This document shows, in pieces, positions 30,050-38,373 of a stretch of DNA of 56,727 nt. The first letter of the stretch is position 1. Each line of letters begins with the position of its first letter. The translations under genes and the position numbers were made by a program. The stretch comes from a virus. Its lineage: Duplodnaviria > Caudoviricetes. A model generated the notes under the pieces. That model had not been told where the DNA came from. It made no database searches and saw only the letters and a program-made list of their open reading frames with translations. Where the stretch lies: the IMG/VR virus record IMGVR_UViG_3300027759_000110, positions 1 through 56,727 of that record; one strand, given 5' to 3'.

Positions 30050-30348
30050 GTATTCTTCTCCTTGAGTTTGGCTTCAATAACCCGAACGTAGCGAATCACG
30101 GTCTGGTTTGATACGTTCCCATCATCAAGACCAAATGCAAAGCCGTCATCAATGGCGTCTTCAATCTCCTGATCCGTCAGCCCTACCCAAGGGCGAACGT
30201 AGTCTTGGATATCATCGTTATCTTGTTCCCTGCCCACCACTCGGCTCAAAGACTCACCTCGCGCATCAAAATGGTACGGCTGACCGTTCTTCATCTCAAT
30301 CTCATGGGCTATGCGGCCAAACTCATCGTCTTCATCGGTATGAATCAT
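30046..30348 (-). CDS. Hypothetical protein
   Basis: RPWVGLTDQEI...IEAKLKEKNT motif common in phage small genes. Confidence 0.55.
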   Translation of the reverse strand: MIHTDEDDEFGRIAHEIEMKNGQPYHFDARGESLSRVVGREQDNDDIQDYVRPWVGLTDQEIEDAIDDGFAFGLDDGNVSNQTVIRYVRVIEAKLKEKNT

Positions 30349-30977
30349 GTGGTTTTCTCCTTAATATCGTAGAACCAATCGTCCCCCGCAGACCACTTGC
30401 GTGTTCCATCCACAGTCCAAAGAGACTTTGCGGCTTGGAAGTCGGGGAACTTTGTCTCGGCAGGGATCAAGCTCTGGTCGTACCAAAAGCAACGATTGTT
30501 TGGCTGGCAAGCAAACTGTCCGTTGTCCAATGCAATCCAGTTAAAAGACTTATGCTCCTCGGCTTGCTCGGTAAAACCCGTGTCCAAGTCCATACCTTCA
30601 GCACAGAAGTCCACCGTAAACAGATACCTACCAAAGTGCCACTCTTTGTCTTTGCCCAAAAACTTCACTCCAAGATTACGCAGACCAATCTTTTCAATGA
30701 CTGTGAAACGATAGCCCATGCAATCCCAAAGCTGAAGCGTATCTATTGGCAAGTCGCCATGCCCCGTGTCAGAAACGTAGGCGTGTATTGGAAGCTTGTC
30801 GTATAGCGCCCCGTAGTTGGGCAGTAAGCTTTCAATACGAAACACCTGTCCTCGCAAAGCTTTGAGACTTACCCAGATGGCGGGTTCAAGTTCACCAAAA
30901 CCCTTTTCAAAGTTGTAAAGAAACTCTTTACGAACAAAGCATTTGATGGGCGGCAGTGATGCCACGATGTAACTCAT
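30345..30977 (-). CDS. Conserved hypothetical phage protein
   Basis: 210 aa, LQLWDC..YLFTVD..EHKSFN..NGQFACQPNNR; ATGA overlaps. Confidence 0.6.
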   Translation of the reverse strand: MSYIVASLPPIKCFVRKEFLYNFEKGFGELEPAIWVSLKALRGQVFRIESLLPNYGALYDKLPIHAYVSDTGHGDLPIDTLQLWDCMGYRFTVIEKIGLRNLGVKFLGKDKEWHFGRYLFTVDFCAEGMDLDTGFTEQAEEHKSFNWIALDNGQFACQPNNRCFWYDQSLIPAETKFPDFQAAKSLWTVDGTRKWSAGDDWFYDIKEKTT

Positions 30978-31195
30978 GCTGATCCTCCAAAAATCTTTCT
31001 TAGTATTCTTTGAGTGAGGGATTCTGCCGCAACATACTCAGGTGTAATCGTGCATTCCAAGTCATCCTCCCAAGTAGCCCACTCTAGGAGCCATTGCCAT
31101 GAACGTTGTTCATCGCCATCAAGGAAGTTTTGCTCGGCAATCTGCAAGCACAGCTGCTTATTTGGGCGTTTAAACTCTTCAGTATTCAAGCTCAT
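30974..31195 (-). CDS. Hypothetical protein
   Basis: Probable start MSLNTEEF with AGGAG RBS. Confidence 0.45.
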   Translation of the reverse strand: MSLNTEEFKRPNKQLCLQIAEQNFLDGDEQRSWQWLLEWATWEDDLECTITPEYVAAESLTQRILRKIFGGSA

Positions 31196-31374
31196 AATTT
31201 CTCCTGTAGTGATATTGGAACGTAGAAGCAAGCCTTACTCTTGCTATCAAGTACATGCACAACGCCATTGCCTTTTGTCTGCTCAGGGTGATCCAACCAC
31301 CGTTTACAGTTCATGCACTTGTCATTGACAAGTTGTGGTTTACACCTTGTGTACTCATGAGACAGAGGTGTCAC
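31192..31374 (-). CDS. Small Cys-rich protein
   Basis: TRC...CMNCKR...C; overlaps with neighbours. Confidence 0.5.
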   Translation of the reverse strand: MTPLSHEYTRCKPQLVNDKCMNCKRWLDHPEQTKGNGVVHVLDSKSKACFYVPISLQEKL

Positions 31375-31577
31375 TCTCCAAGCTCCCCAAGCATTTGATC
31401 TGTTAAGTCACGCACCCGCTTTAACGCTACATTCATGTCTGCCTTATGTGTAAACTCACCAGTAACAGCCATCTTGATGCTTGTTAAAGTTTTGTACATG
31501 TCCTTACCCTTTAGGGCAAATAGCAAGTTATCTTCGTCTTCAGGATATGTAAATTCAAGTATTGCCTTGGATTGCAT
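31371..31577 (-). CDS. Hypothetical protein
   Basis: KAILEFTYPEDED motif; start at ATG 31577. Confidence 0.5.
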   Translation of the reverse strand: MQSKAILEFTYPEDEDNLLFALKGKDMYKTLTSIKMAVTGEFTHKADMNVALKRVRDLTDQMLGELGE

Positions 31578-31734
31578 AAAGTCTTTCAATTGGTTTGGCA
31601 ATCAACCAACGGTCGCCTAGCTGTAATACAGCGCGAACCCATTTGCGTTGGTTATGGCGATTGATATGTTCGGGAACCATGTCGTTGTTATAGATCTGTC
31701 TAGCTTTTCTGCGTAGTTGTTCAGGCGTTAACAT
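31555..31734 (-). CDS. Hypothetical protein (not in ORF track)
   Basis: Manual translation MLTPEQLRRKARQIYNN...NRHNQRKWVRAVLQLGDRWLIA (59 aa); GGAGAG RBS. Confidence 0.5.
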   Translation of the reverse strand: MLTPEQLRRKARQIYNNDMVPEHINRHNQRKWVRAVLQLGDRWLIAKPIERLYAIQGNT

Positions 31735-31951
31735 TTTCTCTCTCCCTAAGTTTTAGATGATCCGGCATCTTTGAAGCAATCCAATAACCGGTTGCGTTTA
31801 AACTAAATCCTTTTTCAATCATTTCTTCCGGAGTTCTGCATCTGCGGTCTACTCCATGTTTGCCTGTGCGGTGCTTACTAAAAGCACCAGTGCTGTTAAA
31901 GTATTCTTTGCACGACTGACATTGATTACGGTCACCCTTTAGAATTTTCAC
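31721..31951 (-). CDS. Zinc-binding small protein
   Basis: CQSCKEYFNSTGAFSKHR...RRC (FDxHR-like zinc-binding pattern). Confidence 0.6.
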   Translation of the reverse strand: MKILKGDRNQCQSCKEYFNSTGAFSKHRTGKHGVDRRCRTPEEMIEKGFSLNATGYWIASKMPDHLKLRERENVNA

Positions 31952-32249
31952 TGGTTACCTCCCTCATTGTTAGGCTTGCAATCTCTACACTCATCATCTC
32001 GCCAAAAGATTGCCCTGACGGGAATCTCATCTGCGATGCTTGGTTCTCATTGATGACTTTGGTTGCCGCTTTTAGGCCATCATTAAATCCCTTGAGGTAA
32101 GGATTGTCTTGTGCCATACGCACCTCCAATCCCTCACGCAGAATCCTAGCCATCGTCACCTTCTTTAATTTAGAAAACTTCTTTAGCTTGAGATAGTCGG
32201 CATCGTCCAAGTACGTCATGAACGGTTTTAGTTTTTTAGAAGGGGTCAT
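31932..32249 (-). CDS. Hypothetical protein, RHH-like N-terminus
   Basis: FMTYLDDADYLKLKKFS...MARILREGL. Confidence 0.5.
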   Translation of the reverse strand: MTPSKKLKPFMTYLDDADYLKLKKFSKLKKVTMARILREGLEVRMAQDNPYLKGFNDGLKAATKVINENQASQMRFPSGQSFGEMMSVEIASLTMREVTSENSKG

Positions 32250-32628
32250 CAGTTTTCCTTACGGATTCAAACTCACGGAGTAACACATCAAACTCAGCTA
32301 TAGCAAATTTATTTCCATGTAGCTCGGTACGTGATTCAATTCCACAGCGTTTACACAACATGTGCGTAGCATCAAGTTCGTTGTCGCACAACAGGAACTC
32401 TTGGAAGTCGTGGTCGCGGCAAAGCATCCCTGCCTTGGCGACTCGATTGCTGTACTGTGTAGGTGATTCATCATCTTGTATGCGAACCAATGCACAGGCG
32501 TATCTCGCCCCAACAAAGTCACGCAGAATCTCTTCCGGTGCTTCATCAGGGTGCATAGCAAGCGTCAAAATAAAACCGGTACGGTCTTGCTTTAACGCTA
32601 CCTTACGAGCTTCAAACTGTAACGCCAT
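32236..32628 (-). CDS. Hypothetical protein
   Basis: 130 aa; AGMLCRD...CGIESRTEL. Confidence 0.5.
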   Translation of the reverse strand: MALQFEARKVALKQDRTGFILTLAMHPDEAPEEILRDFVGARYACALVRIQDDESPTQYSNRVAKAGMLCRDHDFQEFLLCDNELDATHMLCKRCGIESRTELHGNKFAIAEFDVLLREFESVRKTDDPF

Positions 32629-32965
32629 CGAGTTGCCCCTGAAGATAGGAGATCACTGCACGGTAGCCAATCACGTCATTTTCCAACTGCTTAAGTTCAT
32701 CTTCTTGCTCTTGTATTACTTGATCATTGATGTCTTTAAGCATTTCTAAGTTGGCGATTAGCGCGTGTAAACGATCAATTTCTTTGCGCAGAACTTTTTG
32801 CCCTTCTGTAGGGGCTACTGGCTTCACCTTCTTTACCTTTTTCTTGTCGTTATGCAAGACTTGGTAAACATAAGCGTTTGTTACACCACAAGCCTTGGCA
32901 ACATCGCTTGGCTTGTGTGTAGGGTTGGCTTCTTTGTAGTCTCTGATTTGTTGTGATTTAGTCAT
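32612..32965 (-). CDS. HTH plus coiled-coil protein
   Basis: KSQQIRDY...PSDVAKACGVTNAYVYQV HTH. Confidence 0.55.
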   Translation of the reverse strand: MTKSQQIRDYKEANPTHKPSDVAKACGVTNAYVYQVLHNDKKKVKKVKPVAPTEGQKVLRKEIDRLHALIANLEMLKDINDQVIQEQEDELKQLENDVIGYRAVISYLQGQLDGVTV

Positions 32966-32974
32966 GGTCTCTCC

Positions 32975-33307
32975 TTAAAACGGGATCTCGCTATCATCAG
33001 CAGGGAATTCCTGCGCTTGGTTCTCTTGGCGTACACCGCCTTGTTGTTCGGGAACAAAACGATTCACAGCAATCGACAAATAAGTCTTGCCATTAGTTTC
33101 GCTAACTCTTTTCCAACCGGATAGCTTAATAACTGTCAAACCGTTTTCAGTTTTGATATTTGTCAAGTCTTTGAGGTTAATGGCAATAGTCCCCCAGTAA
33201 TCGGGAGACTGGGCTGTAGTCTTTGTTTGACTTGCAAACAGATTGCCAGTGTCAGGACGTGCCTCAAAGGGCTTCGTATAACTTTTCTTTGGTGCGTAAT
33301 TACTCAT
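32975..33307 (-). CDS. Single-stranded DNA-binding protein (phage type)
   Basis: GNLF...SPDYWG...LSGW...GKTYLSIAV with acidic tail DDSEIPF; adjacent to the annealase. Confidence 0.7.
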   Translation of the reverse strand: MSNYAPKKSYTKPFEARPDTGNLFASQTKTTAQSPDYWGTIAINLKDLTNIKTENGLTVIKLSGWKRVSETNGKTYLSIAVNRFVPEQQGGVRQENQAQEFPADDSEIPF

Positions 33308-34037
33308 TTGGTTTCTCCGTTTGGTTAAGTTTTAGCTTCAAGGATTTGAAGCAGTTCAAGACCTCCTCGTAAAGAGGAGGGTGCGTTTGCTTCAGCGAAT
33401 CAAGCTGAAGTTCATTGCTCTTCCAGTAGCTGTTTAAACCCGCTACTGTGGTGCAGTGGGTCGTCCACTCAATCATTCCATCAGCAAACAACTTACGGCT
33501 TGCGTCTGAGTTGTCCCACTCGGTGGGCTTGGGTTTAGTCTTAGTCAAGATCTTCTCGTACTTATTGCCGTCTTCCTGTTTGGTCAATTCACCCATAGAA
33601 GCTTTCGCCTGTGTGATAGGAGCGGCTTTCTCATCGTCTTGCGGCAAGTCATCTCCGGCATAGATATATATGCCCAAACCGTGCAGGGCGAGAGCTTTGG
33701 TCATGCATCTCATGATGGCAGTGTTAACGGCAAACGCATCGGGGTTAAGGATGGGTTTGTTCTTGTAGTCCATGACAGGCAACATACATGTACGTGGCTG
33801 ACCGAACAGAGTGACGGTGACCCATACCATACCTGTGCCATTGACATCCATGTAGGGTTTACCCTCAAAGATCTGCACATCAAAGGTTGCGGTGGCATCG
33901 GCTTTTAAAGCCTCTTGCCATGCCCACGCCCATGAAAGGTACGTCAGGCCATTCTTCTTCTCTGTGTGCTCGTTGACGTTAATCTTGAGCAAATCATGGG
34001 GCGACATTTGTGTTTCCGTTGTTTCTTTTTTCATCAT
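33300..34037 (-). CDS. Sak3-like (DUF1071) single-strand annealing protein
   Basis: EKKNGLTYLSWAWAW...LPVMD...NTAIMRCMTKALALHGLGIYIYAGDDLP. Confidence 0.85.
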   Translation of the reverse strand: MMKKETTETQMSPHDLLKINVNEHTEKKNGLTYLSWAWAWQEALKADATATFDVQIFEGKPYMDVNGTGMVWVTVTLFGQPRTCMLPVMDYKNKPILNPDAFAVNTAIMRCMTKALALHGLGIYIYAGDDLPQDDEKAAPITQAKASMGELTKQEDGNKYEKILTKTKPKPTEWDNSDASRKLFADGMIEWTTHCTTVAGLNSYWKSNELQLDSLKQTHPPLYEEVLNCFKSLKLKLNQTEKPNE

Positions 34038-34254
34038 GTTCCTTTTGCAATTTATTAATTAAAACCGTGAGGTTTGTTCCAACTGAATCCTCGATAAATT
34101 CAAGACAATCTTCGGCATCCCATCCTTCTTGATAAACACCTAATGTGATATCAGTCAAAAGCTCTTCAATTCTTTCAGCCATATCCAAGCAAGTTTCTTC
34201 ATCCCTGCCCTTCACGATGTCCATGATTTCCTCTTTGACCTCATTGATCTTCAT
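33994..34254 (-). CDS. Acidic hypothetical protein
   Basis: 86-aa ORF with AAGGAG RBS. Confidence 0.45.
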   Translation of the reverse strand: MKINEVKEEIMDIVKGRDEETCLDMAERIEELLTDITLGVYQEGWDAEDCLEFIEDSVGTNLTVLINKLQKEHDEKRNNGNTNVAP

Positions 34255-35107
34255 TTAACTCTCCTTGATATTGTTTACACCACTTGCTGACTCCACAGAA
34301 ATCTCCTGTGCATCGCTTGGGTTCGCCTTTTCTTTCCTCGACATATCCTTTTTCCTTTTCTGCCAACTCTGTGGCTTCTTCTATTGACTTAAATACACGG
34401 ATCGCAGTCTTGCGTCCTTCCCTCTTCACTGCGTAGATGGTCTCGCTCATCCATCGTTCTTCATCGGTACAGGCTTGTAAGTCCTCCCCGAATTCCTGTG
34501 CTTGCTTGGCGGCACGGTGCATGTCCAAGCGTTGGCGTACATAGGTTTCTGTGGTGACCGAGTCCCACATGGGGATGTCAATCATGACTGCCTCTGCTTC
34601 GGGGTAGTTCTCCTGATTGGAGTGAGCACTGTAGTCTTTGATAATTGCGCAGATCTTTAGACCGCAGACCTTTTGCTTCTTGACGGTCTCCACAAGCCAT
34701 TTGTAGATGTTCAACTGGGTGACCCAATCGTCCTTAGACTGCATGACTGACCAAGCCTTGACGAACTTGTAGTCAATGATGACGATACCCTCCTCAGTAT
34801 GTTCCTGTAGGTCAACTGCACCGCTGACAGTGATGCCGTCTATAGAGTGGAAGATCCGCTCCTCGTTGGTGTAGCCCTCAACAGTCTTGCCCTCAAGCTT
34901 GCCGTGCATGAATGTTCCGAGCTGAGATGCAATTAACTTGGTAACGTCAACCTCCATCTCTTCATCATACTGTTCGCGCATTCTGCGTATCTTTGGTGGC
35001 GACATTAACTCTGTTACGCTATACTGTGACGCACCCTTTGTGTAGAAGTCCCTTGCAAGCAAAGCCACGAACGGTGCGGGTAAGCCTTGTTTATTGGTTA
35101 TTTTCAT
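34241..35107 (-). CDS. PD-(D/E)XK exonuclease (Cas4/RecB-like)
   Basis: SVTELM...GTFMH...SGAVD...IIDYK...QLNIY; C-terminal RC..FC....C cluster; next to the annealase. Confidence 0.8.
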   Translation of the reverse strand: MKITNKQGLPAPFVALLARDFYTKGASQYSVTELMSPPKIRRMREQYDEEMEVDVTKLIASQLGTFMHGKLEGKTVEGYTNEERIFHSIDGITVSGAVDLQEHTEEGIVIIDYKFVKAWSVMQSKDDWVTQLNIYKWLVETVKKQKVCGLKICAIIKDYSAHSNQENYPEAEAVMIDIPMWDSVTTETYVRQRLDMHRAAKQAQEFGEDLQACTDEERWMSETIYAVKREGRKTAIRVFKSIEEATELAEKEKGYVEERKGEPKRCTGDFCGVSKWCKQYQGELNEDQ

Positions 35108-35127
35108 TTACTCTCCTGAAAGTTGTT

Positions 35128-35565
35128 ATGAACCCAGACCTCAATAATAGCGATGCTCCGCAAGAATTGCAAGCACTATCACAAATTATTTTTGGTGAGC
35201 CAGCTTCCAAAGCAAATTCTCGGAGGGTTGTTCACTACGGTGGTATGTCTAGGCTGATTAAGTCTGCTAAAGCACTCAGTTACTCTGATGTTTTTAGACA
35301 ACAATGCGGGAAACTACCTACGTTAATGACAGGTGATCTGCGAGTTACTCTGCATATTTTCTATGCATCAAGACGACCCGACTTGGATGAGAGCCTGATC
35401 TTAGACCTGATGCAGGGACTCATATATGAGAACGACAGGCAAGTTAAAGAGCGTCATTGCTACTGGGGGCTAGACCCTGACAACCCTCGTTCAGAGATCA
35501 TCATTGAAAAGATCCCTGAGATTGCCCCAAAAAAAAGCCCCTCCAAGAAAACTCGGAAGGGCTAA
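35128..35565 (+). CDS. rusA: RusA-like Holliday junction resolvase
   Basis: GEPASKAN...RRPDLD...ILDLMQG..YENDRQV...DPDNPRSEIII; start at ATG 35128. Confidence 0.8.
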   Translation: MNPDLNNSDAPQELQALSQIIFGEPASKANSRRVVHYGGMSRLIKSAKALSYSDVFRQQCGKLPTLMTGDLRVTLHIFYASRRPDLDESLILDLMQGLIYENDRQVKERHCYWGLDPDNPRSEIIIEKIPEIAPKKSPSKKTRKG

Positions 35566-35656
35566 TCCCATTACAGGAGGAGAGTACCAGCAACTGCAAG
35601 TTGTGGTGCTCATAGTTTAAACCAAAATACAACCGGTAAACAAAATACAGCTGTTG

Positions 35657-35714
35657 GCCAGCAGCGGATGTTTAAACACCACAGCAGCCCCGGCGCACTT
35701 GTTTAAACGCTGTA
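35657..35714. repeat. Degenerate GTTTAAAC-containing intergenic repeat, copy A
   Basis: GCCAGCAGC..GGA.TG..GTTTAAACAC..CACAGC.GC..CCCGG..GTTTAAACGC.TGTA shared with 40374-40451. Confidence 0.65.
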
Positions 35715-35765
35715 CGCCGCCCGGGATAAAGTATTTTAAATATTTCAGCGTTATCTAGGAATTAA

Positions 35766-36287
35766 ATGTTAAAGGATCATTCTCAAATTATTCAATCATT
35801 TAAAGATGGCGCAACCATGCCTGATATTGCCGCATCGCATGGGGTTACGCGACAACGCATTCAGCAAATCTTAAAGGCTCATAATTTAAATCGAGTAGAT
35901 GGTGGCGCGTATTTAAAAAAGATGGCTATGCGCACAACCCAGCTTGAGGAGCGCAATGCTCGTTATATAGACAAGCTTGGGTGTACCTATGGACAGTACA
36001 GGGCAATCCCTGTTCCGGCTCGTCTGGCTTATCGATACCAACAAAGGAATGCCAGAGCACGAAATATTGGCTGGGCTTTTACTGTTTACACGTGGTGGTG
36101 TATCTGGCAGGAGTCCGGCAAATGGGATGAGCGAGGCCGAGGGTTTGGGTATTGCATGGCCCGTAAGAATGATGTGGGAATTTATAGCCCCGAAAACGTG
36201 TACATCTGCACTGGATCTCAAAACATGCGTGACTATTACGCAACAGACTTGTACAAAGAACGTAAAAAAAGATATACAACTCCTTAA
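35766..36287 (+). CDS. HTH plus HNH-like endonuclease
   Basis: TMPDIAASHGVTRQRIQQIL HTH; WWCIW..RGRG..YCMARKND.GIYSPENVYICT..QN HNH-like motif. Confidence 0.65.
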   Translation: MLKDHSQIIQSFKDGATMPDIAASHGVTRQRIQQILKAHNLNRVDGGAYLKKMAMRTTQLEERNARYIDKLGCTYGQYRAIPVPARLAYRYQQRNARARNIGWAFTVYTWWCIWQESGKWDERGRGFGYCMARKNDVGIYSPENVYICTGSQNMRDYYATDLYKERKKRYTTP

Positions 36288-36304
36288 AATTTGTGCTTAT
36301 AATT

Positions 36305-36790
36305 CAATCGTTGCTGTAGTGAGTAACAGATAAGTTAGGCCATTTACACATGCGTTTCGCTTTACCCAATGCTTTCGGTCGGAGAGTCATTAGGTAAGGT
36401 CACTACCGAAACGCAGTTGTAAGTGGCCTTTTTTGTTTTGGGACTGGGACTGTGCAGTGGGTTAGCGCCACTGTGGACGTTTCTAATGTTTTGAAAACAC
36501 TGCTTCATGTGGGCAGTCCCAGTCTCTCCTCCTCCTACGACAACCGTACTCCAGACGTTACTAAGGGGTAGACATCTGCCTGCGTGGAAGCAAAGGGTTA
36601 CGTGGTATGCCGTAAGGCTAGGGGGCAGTTCCCGAATAATCCACGGTGCTGGTCGAGTCTGCAAGCATAGGGGTTCAGCTAACGCTGACATGCAGATGCC
36701 GTTAGGCGGTGAAACCAAACTCCTCCGTACTCCATGCGTGGGGTAGGGGGGTCTTTGGGTGAAATATAAGCACAAGCCCCGACAGGGGCG
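36305..36790 (+). ncRNA. Structured non-coding leader upstream of the replication genes (antisense/attenuator-like)
   Basis: TATAAT at 36298; hairpin with GTAGTG loop; long stem 36337-36434 ending in a T-run and containing TCACTAC; GACTGGGACTG/CAGTCCCAGTC stem; no convincing ORF. Confidence 0.5.
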
Positions 36791-36803
36791 TTAAGGAGAG
36801 GAT

Positions 36804-37094
36804 ATGAATACAGAGGCAAGGATCAAGGCATTAAAGGCGGGGATACAGGCTGAACTAGACCGCACCGCAGACAAGGATGTTTTCAACAGTAATCCACAAC
36901 GCAGAATGGAACTGGAGATTGCATTGTTGGAGCAAGGATGTCAGGTTGATCAGGATGAGCATGGCTTGCTTGTCAACCGAAGGTACATCGTGGCGGTGTC
37001 AAAGAATAAATGGTGTGTCAAGGGTAATTACAAATGGTATTACTACAAGGACATCCCAACGTTTGTTAAAAAATATGTAAAGAGAGAAGCATGA
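36804..37094 (+). CDS. Hypothetical protein
   Basis: AAGGAG RBS; 96 aa. Confidence 0.55.
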   Translation: MNTEARIKALKAGIQAELDRTADKDVFNSNPQRRMELEIALLEQGCQVDQDEHGLLVNRRYIVAVSKNKWCVKGNYKWYYYKDIPTFVKKYVKREA

Positions 37095-37294
37095 AGCAAC
37101 GTGTTTACACGGTCGGGGTGGGAAATCAGATCAGGCTGATCCGTGCATCCAATCGCAGACAAGCGATAGCGCATGTATCCCTCGGGATCATGACCATCCG
37201 AGTCGCCACACAGGAAGACATCATCACCCAACTAGACAAAGGAGTGCCTATTGAGAACTACACACCGCCCGAGCAGATTGAATTAGAACTTTAA
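37091..37294 (+). CDS. Hypothetical protein
   Basis: RLIRASNRRQAIAHV motif; ATGA overlap. Confidence 0.55.
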   Translation: MKQRVYTVGVGNQIRLIRASNRRQAIAHVSLGIMTIRVATQEDIITQLDKGVPIENYTPPEQIELEL

Positions 37295-37315
37295 TTTTCA
37301 AAACAGGAGAGAGAG

Positions 37316-37624
37316 ATGGAATTTCATAGAGCAAGAAACACAGATCCAGTAACAAGCCACATGGCGGCCGCATCAATCAAAGATTCTGCCCATGCACATT
37401 ACGAGTTAATTTTGGACTGTTTAAAGCGGTTTGGCCCTCTGGGCAAAGATGGCATCGCGTTACACGCTAACATCAACGGGTCAGCCGATGGTAATGCAGT
37501 GGCTAGGCGTTTGCCCGAACTTGAAAAGTTAGGTTTAGTAGAGCAAACTGGCAAGTTGGTTTTATCAAAAAGTGGCCGCAAAGAACGCGAGTGGGCTTAT
37601 GTCATACCGCAGTCTTTGTTTTAA
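37316..37624 (+). CDS. Winged-HTH DNA-binding protein
   Basis: ARNTDPVTSHMAA...VARRLPELEKLGLV...SGRKEREW. Confidence 0.65.
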   Translation: MEFHRARNTDPVTSHMAAASIKDSAHAHYELILDCLKRFGPLGKDGIALHANINGSADGNAVARRLPELEKLGLVEQTGKLVLSKSGRKEREWAYVIPQSLF

Positions 37625-37636
37625 ACAGGATCAATC

Positions 37637-37876
37637 ATGACACGCAACTATAAACAAGAATTTAAAACACAAACAGAACGTGGCGAACATGAGAACCGAA
37701 TGGAACGCCAACGTGCCCGTAGAAAATTAGACGCTAAGGGAGTGACCCGACAAGGTAAAGACGTAGCCCACGTCAAGGCTTTGTCCAAAGGTGGATCAAA
37801 CGCAGATGGCATCCGTCTTGAGTCACCGGCCAAGAATCGTTCGTTCCCAAGAAAATCTAATGGGGGTATGAAATGA
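37637..37876 (+). CDS. Small HNH-like protein
   Basis: RNYKQE...RARR...GKDVAHVKALSKGGSN...NRS. Confidence 0.65.
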   Translation: MTRNYKQEFKTQTERGEHENRMERQRARRKLDAKGVTRQGKDVAHVKALSKGGSNADGIRLESPAKNRSFPRKSNGGMK

Positions 37877-38373
37877 TTGCAGAAAGTTTAAACCAAAAGG
37901 AATGTTTAAACTGTAAATCTGATTTGGCAGCTTTAGGAAAAAACAGGCAAGCTTTGTATTGTGGTGTTCAATGTAAGAACGCCTACCGCAGGATAAAAGA
38001 TCCTGAGATACATACCCTTCAGACAGCCAAATATAAATCAACCATGCGTGGCAGGGCAATCGCCATGTTTCATGGGACTAAGGTTGGGCGAAGATTCCGT
38101 GATGGGAATGAACTAACGCCCGAATGGATCATGCAAAAATTACAACATGGTTTTTGCGAAGTTACTGGCTTGCCATTTACATACGGATTAGAAGCAAGAA
38201 ATCCGTGGTCGCCATCTCTAGACAGAATTGATCCAAAGATTGGCTACACGTTGGAAAATACACGAGTGGTTGTTTGGATTTACAACACAGCTAAAAACGT
38301 TTTCCACGATGAAGATGTCATGTTAATGGCTCAAGCTTTGATCAATCAAAGCATTAAAGAGACTATGAAATGA
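37873..38373 (+). CDS. HNH-like endonuclease with N-terminal zinc finger
   Basis: CLNC..YCGVQC; CEVTG...PSLDRIDPKIGYTLENTRVV..N..K. Confidence 0.7.
   Translation: MIAESLNQKECLNCKSDLAALGKNRQALYCGVQCKNAYRRIKDPEIHTLQTAKYKSTMRGRAIAMFHGTKVGRRFRDGNELTPEWIMQKLQHGFCEVTGLPFTYGLEARNPWSPSLDRIDPKIGYTLENTRVVVWIYNTAKNVFHDEDVMLMAQALINQSIKETMK

Noticed and set aside
30108-30806. 232-aa plus-strand ORF and the many other antisense/shadow ORFs (e.g. 13071-13685, 19404-20045, 22275-22856, 36362-36775, 47008-47357)
   Set aside because: They overlap better-supported genes or regulatory DNA, lack RBSs and show no recognisable motifs.
34241-35107. Cas4-like protein as evidence of a CRISPR system
   Set aside because: It lies beside a Sak3-like annealase and SSB, the usual phage recombination context, with no array or other cas genes.
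36452-36505. Permuted twister ribozyme suggested by GTTAGCGCC...GTGGA...AACACTGC
   Set aside because: The conserved UAA cleavage loop and a P1 stem are not convincingly present; kept only as an unclassified structured element.
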